Of a stretch of DNA of 64,000 bases, positions 1-10,479 are shown one piece after another. Positions within the stretch are counted from its first letter, which is position 1. Every line of letters begins with the position of its first letter. This stretch comes from Octopus vulgaris (taxonomy: Eukaryota). The translations under genes and the position numbers were made by a program. The stretch lies in NCBI GenBank assembly GCA_951406725.2, contig OX597830.1, forward strand, positions 52,824,001-52,888,000, given 5' to 3'. Under the pieces are notes generated by a model that was given only the letters and a program-made list of their open reading frames with translations, did not search any database and was not told where the DNA came from.

Positions 1-634
1 TGCTATCTCTTACAGTGTGAAGTGACCATGATGAAACTTCCTCATTGTTGGTGTTGTTTAGCAACTCTGAACCTGTTGGCCTGTGATTAAAAATATTCCA
101 ACAGTGTCAAAACTCTTTTATTTAAAGGCAGTAAGATGAGATTTGGATGACATTCAGCTGCTATTTCTATAGGGTCAGAAACCATGTAGGAGTCCTTGTT
201 TATCACCTGATCAGGTCTGATCAAGTAAACCTATGATCAAAGGTATTTCTGCTGAAATCCTTTCTTACCTGAGACATGATATACTGTTGCAAAACGTGGC
301 CTCCCTTCTGTGTCAACACAGCTCCACCAGCAAAAGTTAGCAGCAGAAAGACCAGAGACTAGCCCAGAAAGCCAGCTTGCCCTGAGAAGAAGAAGAAGTC
401 ATGCACAGCTAGGTGTCTTCAAAACTTCTAGAACTTTATTCTTAACCAATCAGCTTTCTGGCTGCTTGGTAAGCCCCCCTCCTCCCACCATACATCATCT
501 GACCATGTGAGACATGTCATTTATCACATGACATAATTCTGGAATTTTCTGTGACACTCTAACATGATGCAATATTACAGAGTGATTTCACAAAAGGCTA
601 AACAATATTATGTAATTATTGCACAGAAAACTAA

Positions 635-768
635 ACAACTTCACAAATTTACTGTAGAAAATCATAGTTAAGTTAATACAAACATAACTTATTCTCTCCT
701 TCATAACAATATCTATGAACAACTTCATAAATTTACCATAGAAAATCATAGTTAAGTTAATACAAGCA
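635..768 (+). repeat. ~50-bp direct duplication
   Basis: AACAACTTCA.AAATTTAC..TAGAAAATCATAGTTAAGTTAATACAA at 635 and 718. Confidence 0.8.
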
Positions 769-819
769 CACCACCACCACCACCACCACCATCATCTTTC
801 TGTTGTCTTATTTGTTAAG

Positions 820-908
820 GTTTGGATGATGCCAGAAATACAGCATGTCTGGCCTGGAAAATGATCCAAGATGGATGCTTAATGAAAATAACTAAAACTC
901 TGTCAGAG
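820..908 (+). CDS. ERI2: ERI2 internal exon (C-terminal end of DEDDh 3'-5' exonuclease domain)
   Basis: Acceptor ttgttaag|G and donor GAG|gtatat. Translates (G)LDDARNTACLAWKMIQDGCLMKITKTLSE, matching the ERI2 ExoIII region (HSGLDD.RNTA.LAW.M..DGC.MKIT). The phase-0 end joins in frame to 6325. Confidence 0.9.
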
Positions 909-2683
909 GTATATTTAAAAAAGTTTTTCAAGATACATTAAATACTGATAGATGTCACTGTTCTTTTTTTTTTTTTTTTAATCTTTTCTCTATTATAGGC
1001 ACAGGCATGGCTGGGTGGTTAAGAAGCTCGGTTTGCAACCACACGGTTTCAGTTTCAGTCCTACTGCACATCACCTTGGACTAGTGTCTCCTCCCATAGC
1101 CCAGGGCTGACCAATGCCTCATGAATGAATATGGTAGATGGAAATTCAAATGGAAATTGTAGTTAAGACACCCGTGCCGGTGACACATAAAAAGCACCAT
1201 CCGAACTTGGCAAATGCCAGCGCCACCTGGGTGGCGTCCGTGTCGGTGACACGTAAAAGCACCAAAGATCGTGGCCGTTTGCCAGCCTGCTCTGGCCCCT
1301 ATGCCAGTGGAACATCAAAAGCAACCACTACACTCATGGAGTGGTTGGTGTTAGGAAGGGCATCCAACTGTAGAAATACTGCCAGATCAGACTGGATCCT
1401 GGTGCAGCCTCCATGGCTTACCAGACCCCGGTCGAACTGTCCAACCCATGCTAGCATGGAAAACGGACGTTAAATGATGATGATACTACGTGGAAGCTTG
1501 TCATATATATAAACACGTGTGTCTGCATTTGTCCGTGCATTACACTGCTTAACAACAGGCGTTGGTTTGTTTATGTTCCCATAACTTAGTGGTTCAGCAA
1601 AAGAGTCTGATAGAATAAGTACCAAACTTATAAATGAATAAGTACTGGGGTTGATTTGTTTGACAAATAAAAAAAACCTTTAAGCTAGTGACCCTGGAAC
1701 TCCGTGGATTACAATGGTTCCAGTTGATCCAATCAATGGAACGGCCTGCTCATGAAATTATTGTGCAAGTGGCTGAGCACACTACAGTCACATGTACCTA
1801 TTTCTTTATTGTCCACAAGAGGCTAAACATAGAGGGGGACAAACAAGGATATACTAAGGGATTAAGTCGATTACATCGACCCCAGTGCATAACTGGTACT
1901 TAATTTATCGACCCCGAAAGGATGAAAGGCAAAGTTGACCTCGGCGGAATTTGAACTCACAATGTAACGGCAGATAAAATACCCCTAAGCATTTCACCCG
2001 GCGTGCTAGCGTTTCTGCCAGCTCACCACCTTAAGGGTACAGACACATGTGCCCTTAATGTTTTCCTCAGGGAGATTCAGTGTGACACAGAATGTTACAT
2101 GGCTGGCCCTTTGAAATGCACGTACAACTCATTTTTGCCAGCTGAGTGGACTGGTGTAGCATGAAATAAAATGTCTTGCTCAAGAACACAATGTGCCACC
2201 AGGAATTGAACTCACAACCTCATGAACTTGAGGCGATTACCATAACTACTAAACCACATCCCTTCACTTAGCTACAGTACAGAGTGAAACAAGTACCTGC
2301 ACTATTATTGACCTACTCCTCTCTCTCTTTCTATCTATCTATCTCTCTCTCTCTTTATCTATCTATTTCTCTATCTATCTATCTCTCTCACACACATTTT
2401 AGAATTGATAAATGTTATTATGCCAAAGAGAACTCAATACTGATTAACAAAGTACTTTTTATTTTGTTGTCAGTAGTTATTGCATTTTGATATTACATCT
2501 GTGCCAGTGGCATGTAAAAAGCACCTGCTACACTCACGGAGTGGTTGGCGTTAGGAAGGGCATCCAGCCGTAGAAACATTGCCAGATCAGACTGGGCCTG
2601 GTGCAGCCTTCTTGCTTCCCAGACCCCAGTTGAACCATCCAACCCATGCTAGTATGGAAAACGGACGTTAAACGATGATGATG

Positions 2684-3456
2684 ATCTATGCTACATGGCA
2701 GTGAAACATGAGCTGTGACAGCCAAAGGCCTGCGTAGGCTTGGAAGAAACGAAGCCAGTATGCTTCGCTGGATGTGTAATGTCAGTGCATATGTTTGACA
2801 GAGTGTAAGCATCTTGAGAGAAAAGTTAAGCATAAGAGGCATCAGATGTGGTGTGCAAGAGAGGTGACTGGACTGCTATGGTAATGTGATGCGTATGGAC
2901 GAAGACAGCTGTGAAAAGAAGAGCCAATCTCTAACTGTGGAGGGAACCTGTGGTAGAAGTAGACCCAGGAAGAAGTGGTGAAGCATGATCTTCCAACTTT
3001 GAGCCTTACAGAAGCAATGATTAGTGACCGAGACCTTTGGCAGTATTCTGTGCTTGAGAAGACCCATCAAGCCAAGTGAAATCACAGCCATAGCTGATGT
3101 TGGTGTCACATAAGGAGCACCATTCGAGCATTGGGCCTCACAGAGGCAAAGTGACCAAGTTCCTTTCAAGCATTGGGCTTCGTGGAGGCAAAGTGGCTGA
3201 GTTACTTTTGAGCTTTGGGCCTCATGGAGGTAATGGCCAAGACCTTTGGCATTATGCTTGAGAAGAAGACCCATCAAGCCGAGCAAAATCACAATCATGG
3301 CAGATACTGGTGTCGCGCAAATGACACGTAAAAGCAGCCATTAGACTCTCGGAGTGGTTGGCGTTAGGAAGGGAATCCAGCTGTAGAAAACCATGCCAAA
3401 TCAGACAGGAGTCTGGTACAGCCTTCCAGCTTACCAGCCCTGGTTAAACCATCCAA
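2684..3456 (+). mobile_element. RTE LINE 3' fragment with tandem ~42-bp units in the 3' UTR
   Basis: LHGSET*A...RNEASMLRWMCNV RTE C-terminal motif, followed by the shared GGAAGGG.ATCCAGC 3' tail. Confidence 0.7.
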
Positions 3457-4517
3457 GTAGTAGTAGTAGTAGTAATAGTAGGTTTAGAATTTTATAAACC
3501 TTAGTTGTTTAACCCTAGGTCAGTCCTGGTTGAACAAGCTTATCATATTTCATCCAGCTATATAACCCGTTGTTCTAGTAATTTGTAGAACCATCACTCA
3601 CCTGAAATTGTCCTATTTCTAGTCTGTGTTAACTTGAGAGGAAACAGGAAATTGTTCTCAATAAAGAAATATTGACTTTTTTGTGTGTGGTTTTTGCATT
3701 CCATGAAACAATTCCATTTGTCTAAATAACATTTTGTGATTCATTTTCCTGTTAGAATGGAGGTCATATGAAAACCAGGGCACTGAGATAACAAATGTCC
3801 TCTTCAGTTGGAACATTTAAAGGCACCCATATGTATATATAAAACAAACTGGCTCTCATACTAAAGTAGAACTAAACAAACCCTTTGTTATATGTTTTTG
3901 GTAAGTATGAGTAAGGGATCATTAAAAAGAGAGAGAGAGAGAGGGTAAACAAAGAAAAAAAGCAAATATTGTGAGGTCTTTTGCTGATCACAAATGAATT
4001 ATTGCACATTGTGTTAGGTCGTGGGTTTGTTTATGATCAGCAGCTAACTCATTTTAAGTGTATTTTGATGTTTGCTTAAAATTGATTTGGGAAAAAACAA
4101 CAGACATCACAAACTGGTTCTCCAAAGAAATATCTAGTGGAAGACGATGGCAGTGGCAGCTGTTGAAACCTTTCCTTTGTGGTGTTGTTTTTCTTTCATA
4201 TTCTGGCAGAGGAAAGCCCTAATAAGTACCAGTAATATGCTGAGTTTAATTTACTTGATTCTGTCCTTTCCCCTAATGTGTGATATTGTACTGATGTGAA
4301 CAAAACAATTATTATGTACAATGATGTTTGTATCACTGAAGACTGTCATTGGTTGCTTTTATACAATATTTCAGTCAGTCAATGTTTGTTTTCTCTCTCT
4401 CTCTCTCTACACACATATAGTTAAATAAAATCCAGGTAAAAATCTTGTAGAATGCTATGCAATGCTCTTGCTACTTGATATACATTAGGAATTCAATAGT
4501 ATCCATAGATTATATAA

Positions 4518-4917
4518 ATAGATAAATGATAGAAAATGGGACGAATGACATTCTTTATTTAAAATCACTACAATTGTTTCAACATATTTTTACACCTTTA
4601 GTACATTGACAAGGTGTTGCGTAATCATTATCATACATTCAAGGTTTAAAATGTGACTCCTCAGGTGATTGTTTAAATAACTCCTTCATTAGATCCTTTC
4701 GTCATTTCACTCAATGATATTAGCTTTTGTGAAATGATGAGGATCTAACAAAGAACTTATTTTAAACAATCACTTGAGGAGGTGCATTTTACACCTTGGA
4801 TGTATGATAATGATTACACAACACCTTGTCAATGTACTAAAGGTGTAAAAATGTGTCAAAACAATTGTGATTTTAAATAAAGAGTGTTGTTCATTCCATT
4901 TTCTATCATTCATCTAT
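4518..4917. mobile_element. Older fold-back element of a second family, with a hammerhead
   Basis: Imperfect inverted arms at about 4518-4710 and 4728-4917. No visible similarity to 4971-5692 apart from the hammerhead core. Confidence 0.75.
4563..4670 (-). ncRNA. Type I hammerhead ribozyme
   Basis: Minus strand: AATCAC-CTGAGGA-long stem II-GAAAC-AATT-GTA-GTGATT. The plus-arm copy (4768-4872) has core mutations (TTGAGGA, AAAA). Confidence 0.7.
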
Positions 4918-4924
4918 CTATCTA

Positions 4925-4964
<40 letters not shown>

Positions 4965-5157
4965 TATATACTAAGTAATTAAGGGTTTAGCAACGATTTG
5001 CCTCACCACACACCGAATTTAGAAATAGCAGTCAAAGAGTTATAGCTATTCTTTCTACTAAAAGGGAGATCTCAGTAAAACCACAGCACTTGAAAGGCAA
5101 ACACAGACAGGCAAGAGAGAAAGAAATGACGGCAATCTATCATACAATTTTAAGTCA

Positions 5158-5248
5158 CCTACGGACGTACGTTTCGAAATTAAGTTTTAGGAAAGCATAA
5201 GAATTAGATAATTATGTCTTACCCAACTTCTTTTCTCATCAGCGTAGG
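5158..5248 (-). ncRNA. Type I hammerhead ribozyme (inverted copy)
   Basis: Reverse complement of 5313-5403 with the core intact. Confidence 0.85.
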
Positions 5249-5312
5249 ACACTTGAGATGATGTCTTCTAGTACCTCGAAATTTAATATACAATTATTCA
5301 TAATTGTAGTGC

Positions 5313-5403
5313 CCTACGCTGATGAGAAAAGAAGTTGGGTAAGACATAATTATCTAATTCTTATGCTTTCCTAAAACTTAATTTCGAAACGTACGTCCGT
5401 AGG
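5313..5403 (+). ncRNA. Type I hammerhead ribozyme (minimal palindromic stem III)
   Basis: Stem I CCTACG/CGTAGG, core CTGATGA (5319-5325), long stem II GAAA..AAGTT/AACTT..TTTC, then GAAAC-GTAC-GTC. Predicted cleavage after C5397. Confidence 0.85.
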
Positions 5404-6324
5404 TGACTTAAAATTGTATGATAGATTGCCGCCATTTCTTTCTCTCTTGCCTGTCTGTGTTTGCCTTTCAAGTGCTGTGGTTTTACTGAGATCTCCTTTT
5501 AGTAGAAAGAATAGCTATAACTCTTTGACTGCTATTTCTAAATTCGGTGTGTGGTGAGGCAAATCGTTGCTAAACCCTTAATTACTTAGTATTACTTAAA
5601 CTTTCCTCGAATGAGGCTTTTACATGCCGAAATCTACTTGGTGAAATTAATGATTATTCCAAATTAATTAATTTCACCCTATATTATTACTGATAAAATA
5701 TTATATAGATAGACATATATAGGCTAGTATCTGTTGTGCTAAAAGATGAAAATATTGTAAGTGAAATGTGCCAACTGCTTATTGTATGTATGTATGATTG
5801 ATTGATTGATTCTAGTTTCAGCTTATGAGCTGTGGCCATGCTGGGGCACCGCCATTTGTGTATTGGAAAACGGATGTTAATGATGATGTATTAATATTAA
5901 TGTAAATATTGGTATTAATATTAGTATGTATGAAGGCAGCAAGCTAGCTGAATCATTAGCACATTGAGTAAAATGCTTAGCCGCAGTTCTTCTGATTCTG
6001 CTTTGAGTTCAAATCCTACCGTGGTCAATAAAGTATTAGTCAAGTATATAGGAGTCAATATAATTGACTTGCCCACCTCCATAAAATTGCTGGCCTTGTG
6101 CCAAAATTTGAAATAAATTTTAGTATGTGATTTGTATTAATATTATCATTGGTGTATGTATCAATGTTAGTGTGTTTATCAGTATGTATGTCTATATTGG
6201 GATGAATATATTATTTTTGGTTCCTGGAGTTGGAGTCTAATTTCTCAGAAAATATCTACTGCTAGAAATATTGTTTCATGTATGACTTGTTTTGATTTAT
6301 ACCGATTATTTTTTACCATTTCAG

Positions 6325-7767
6325 AATCCAAAGTCCTCAGCACCAAATAAAAATATCAACAGTTTTACTGTAACCAAAGAAAAGCAAAAGACTGTCACAC
6401 CACATACTGCACAAACTAAGGTCTCTGGTGGTGGTAATAATAATAATAATAACAACAACAACAATTGTAATAATAGCAACAGCAAAGATGATATTTTTAA
6501 ACAGCCTTTGCCTGTTATGGAAGCTTCTTCTTTGGATAAGTTTCACAATGTAGTTTTGGTTAATACTTTACATCAGAACAAGCCACAATTTAACACACCC
6601 AGAGCCCAATTTCAGGAATTTACTAAGCATGTGCCAACTGTTCCTGCAAAATCTTTCATAAATAACCTATCATCATCTTCAGGAACTGGATCATATGCAA
6701 AATATATAGATCTCTCCAAAAGAAATCCAGGTTCCGACAAAAGTAATGTTAGTCTTGGCAGAAGCAATTTAGGTCTCAATAAAAGTAATGGTTTTACCTC
6801 AACTGTTGTGGCATCTAGCACTTCCTTAGATGATGGAGCATCAAGCTCTTCCTCAAAGAAGGGAACATGTAGCTTTTCCTCTTTTGTGACATCAGGCTCT
6901 ACCTCAACTGTTGAAGTTTCAAGCTCTTCTTCAAAGAGTGTGACATCTAATACTTCCTTAAATGGTGGAGCATCTAGCTCTTCCTCAAATGGATTTACTG
7001 GAATAAAGTATTCATCATGTTTCTCAGAAAAAAGCAAAAATTTTCCTGTTTATATTGATTTGAACAATTCAAAACAAGACTGGAATTCTTCTAAAGTTCC
7101 AGAAAATTGCAAGAATATTAGCAAAAGGACAAATAATTCACGAGAACACTCCTCAAAAGATCAAGAAATCAAATTACAAACAAAAGCAAATTCTTCATGC
7201 TCCAACTTAACTTCAATCAAACCTTTCGAGACGCCACTAACTTTCAAATATTCAAATAAAAAATTCACAAATTTCGCCATTAAAGAAATCACCAATATGA
7301 CAGTAATTCCTAATGTCTGTGATACGTCATTGAATAAAAGTTCAAGAAATATCACACCAAATGTAAATAAAGACTGTTCACTCAGTAAATCAATGAAAGC
7401 CACACCACCTTTATGTAAATGTGGTTGCCGCTCAATGTTGCGCCTCTGCCAAAAGCCAGGTCTCAATATGGGACGGCATTTTTACACTTGCCCCTTGAAG
7501 ACAAGATCGAAAAGTAAAAGGAAAAGTGGGAACCCAGTTGAACCTTGTAATTTTTTCCAGTGGGAATCACCAGTGTCCCTCCATTCTTCATTTCGTTCTT
7601 CACCATTTTCTTCTTCCTCTATTTCCAACCGTTCTCTCAACATGTCTTCAACTACACGAAATCTTTCGTTTGCCAAAACTGCCAATCTTTCCACTGGTGA
7701 GACATCACAAACACCTAAGTTCACAAAACAGACAATACGACCATGTCAGCTTATTCCCTACAAATAA
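6325..7767 (+). CDS. ERI2: ERI2 terminal exon: long Ser/Asn-rich linker and GRF-type zinc finger
   Basis: Acceptor ccatttcag|AAT in phase 0 within the 491-aa ORF. Contains TPPLCKCG...GLNMGRHFYTCP...CNFFQWE (zf-GRF), the C-terminal architecture of ERI2. Confidence 0.88.
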   Translation, partial: NPKSSAPNKNINSFTVTKEKQKTVTPHTAQTKVSGGGNNNNNNNNNNCNNSNSKDDIFKQPLPVMEASSLDKFHNVVLVNTLHQNKPQFNTPRAQFQEFTKHVPTVPAKSFINNLSSSSGTGSYAKYIDLSKRNPGSDKSNVSLGRSNLGLNKSNGFTSTVVASSTSLDDGASSSSSKKGTCSFSSFVTSGSTSTVEVSSSSSKSVTSNTSLNGGASSSSSNGFTGIKYSSCFSEKSKNFPVYIDLNNSKQDWNSSKVPENCKNISKRTNNSREHSSKDQEIKLQTKANSSCSNLTSIKPFETPLTFKYSNKKFTNFAIKEITNMTVIPNVCDTSLNKSSRNITPNVNKDCSLSKSMKATPPLCKCGCRSMLRLCQKPGLNMGRHFYTCPLKTRSKSKRKSGNPVEPCNFFQWESPVSLHSSFRSSPFSSSSISNRSLNMSSTTRNLSFAKTANLSTGETSQTPKFTKQTIRPCQLIPYK

Positions 7768-8360
7768 ACTGTCAACATGTGGAAGTGAAGGTGGGGATGA
7801 ACATATATTTTTTTAAAGCATCATGTCTGCTACTGGTTTTCACTCAGATATACACTGTGTGTATGTGTTTAATATTAATGCATTTTATTTTAATTTTTTA
7901 AACTTTTCTCTCTCTCTTAACCTCTTTGTATCTACAATAATAATTTATTTCTCTATAAATAATATATTTATTCATTGTTCAAAGAATACTAACACTTACT
8001 CAATGATATCATCATCATCATTTAATGTCTGTTCTCCATGGGTTGGACGGTTTGACCGTTGCTGTTAAGTTAGAAGGCTGCATGAGACTACAGTCTGATT
8101 TGGCATGATTTTCTATGCTTGGATGCCCTTCCTAACACCAACCACTCCAAGAGTGTAATGGGTGCTTTAACCTGCCACCAGCATGGGTGCCATTTGCATG
8201 ACACCTTTATCTGCCACAACTGTGATTTTGCTCAGCTTGATGGGCTTTCTTCTCAAGCACAACATAATGCCAAAAGTCTTGTGAGGCCCAACACTCGAAA
8301 GGAACTCAGCCACGCTGCCTCTGTGAGGCCCTACACTGATATATATATATATATATATAT

Positions 8361-9630
8361 ATGAGCGAAGATGACTCAATAGTAAAAAATAAAAGTGAAT
8401 ACTGTCCTATAAAAGGCAGAAATAAAGCACTTGATGCTTTTTGTGAACACATTACTAGTTTTCCTTTTAGTACCCTACAAAAACAACAAATTAAATCCAA
8501 CCTCAATGCAATGAATAGAAAGACCTAATCAAGTTTAAAAATGATATAAACCTGACCATTAAAGAAGCCGACAAAGGAAGTGCGGTAGTGGTGATGGACA
8601 CAGAGTACTACAAAAATTTCCATGTTGGAAAATAATATTTACTATGAGAAGATAGTACAATACAACCCACAGAAGACACTTAAAAACTTATCCTCCTTAC
8701 TTCAAATACATGGAAAGGGTCTCACTAAGCATGAAATAGACTATCCAATTTTAAATAAACCTAGTCTATTCTACGGATTATCTAAAATACACAAAAATCC
8801 ACATATTTGTAAAGCCTGCAAAGTTTCTCCAAGCCTATGCATTAATGTTCCCCCCCCTACTGACCTCAAACTGAGACCCATCATTGCTGGCCCTGCTTGT
8901 GAAGCCTACCATTTGAGCAACTTCCTCGACATCTTACTCAAACTGTTTCTAGAATATGTGAAAAGCTTCATCGGGGATGACTTGTACATGCTGAACCACC
9001 TCCCGAAGACAGTAAAGAAAGCAACCCTGTTAGTATTATTTGATGTGGTGAATTTGTACACCAATATCCCATGGTATAGAAGCAATAACCTTCTGGCTAG
9101 AAAAATACCCAGAAGAAATCCCAGGATGCATTAACCACAGGTTCATAATTGCAGCACTCAAATTCATCCTACTGAACAACTATTCAGTTTACTCTCAACA
9201 AAAATGTGGAATTGCAATGGGAACCCGAGCTGCTCCAGTGATTGCGAACCTTGTAATAGGTTACCTAGAGCTTAAGTTATATCAATCATCACTACAAAAA
9301 TATGGCATCTCATTTCATTGCTATTTAAAGGAGAACTGGAAGAGGTATTTGGACAATTGCTTTATACTTTGGAAAGACAGCATGGACAAACTCCTCGATT
9401 TCAAAATAATGCTTAGCAATATACAATTCACCATGGAGCACAGCAGTAAACAACTCCCTTTTCTTGACATCCTAATCAAAATAGTCAATAACCACATCGA
9501 AACAGACATCTTCTAAACAATACCTATTATTCAGCTCATGCCACCCCAAATACATAAAAATGAATATACCTTATAATCTAGCGAAAAGATTTTGTACCAT
9601 AGTTTTGGACACCTATACTCGTGAACAAAT
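8361..9630 (+). mobile_element. Penelope-like element, decayed reverse transcriptase
   Basis: Motifs IKEADKGSAVVVMD, FYGLSKIHK, LRPII, FDVVNLYTNIP, MGTRAAPVIANL, RYLDNCF, IQFTME..LPFLD, with frameshifts. Confidence 0.9.
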
Positions 9631-9649
9631 GGAATTAAGATGACATCTA

Positions 9650-10470
9650 ATGCCTATGATGCCTTTTTGGAGGACAATGGTTGAAGTAGCAGAAAGTTTC
9701 ATTAAAGAGAACACTGGTATTCCTGCAAGATAATGCACCTTCCCACGCAGCTATGACATCTCTGGGATACCTACAGCAATTAGGCTTCCCTGGGCACCGT
9801 TTGATGAAGTGGCCAGCGTGTTCACCCAACTTAAACCTGGTTGAAAATCTAAGGGGTGTTCTGAAGAGGAAGATATATCAAGATGGATGACAGCTTTCAA
9901 CAAAAGATGTGCTCTGGGAAGCTATTGCAGATGCTGCTGACAGTATTACACCAGATGAAGTAGTTACCTTGACAAATTCAATGGATAAACATGTAGTGAT
10001 GCTACTGTGTAGGGTTCGGCATGCATGCGCAGAATGGGACTACTTCTGGGTGGCCACCGGAAGTCTTCCCCATGCGCATGTGCGGGAAAACGTTCCCTCG
10101 AGCCCGCCAAGCTCAAATCTCTCTCTTCGGCTAGACAGCATTGCGATCGGACGTGCATTCACAGGCTCTGACAACCACTCGTGCTACGACATAGCGCCAA
10201 CGACCATCAACCAACTTCAACAAACTAACACGAAGCTGTATATCAGAGGCTGTCTTTCTCCCACCAGACACACGTACGACATCGCAATCAATAAACCAGA
10301 ACTACTGTCTTTTTACCTTCAACCTAACTTCGTCTGCATTGCTTTATAAAATTTATATGTGACTAGATCAGATATCGACACCCTTTCAGTGGAGCGATAA
10401 CAGATCCTTCGTTACAAACATGTCAGGGACATTCTCACATGTGGAGGATCATACATCCATCATTAAGAAC
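9650..10470 (+). mobile_element. Tc1-type transposase 3' fragment, interrupted by a solo LTR
   Basis: FLQDNAPSH...WPACSPNLNLVEN. The frame SMDKH|VRDILTCGGSYIHH* rejoins across the LTR. Confidence 0.75.
9992..10416 (+). mobile_element. Solo LTR
   Basis: TGTA...TACA termini, 4-bp TSD AACA, related copy at 49485-49904. Confidence 0.8.
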
Positions 10471-10479
10471 TTTATGATG

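Larger units (their letters stand above)
4971..5692. mobile_element. Non-autonomous palindromic (fold-back) element, probably PLE pLTR-derived, carrying two hammerheads
   Basis: Inverted arms 4968-5253 and 5308-5592 with about 3 mismatches. Flanked by a 15-bp direct repeat ATAAAATATTATATA (4956-4970, 5693-5707). No ORF. Confidence 0.85.

Noticed and set aside
285-564. Possible solo LTR (TGTT...AACA)
   Set aside because: No TSD and no second copy in the window.
6337-7816. Overlapping and antisense ORFs in the ERI2 exon
   Set aside because: Shadow frames of a low-complexity coding exon.
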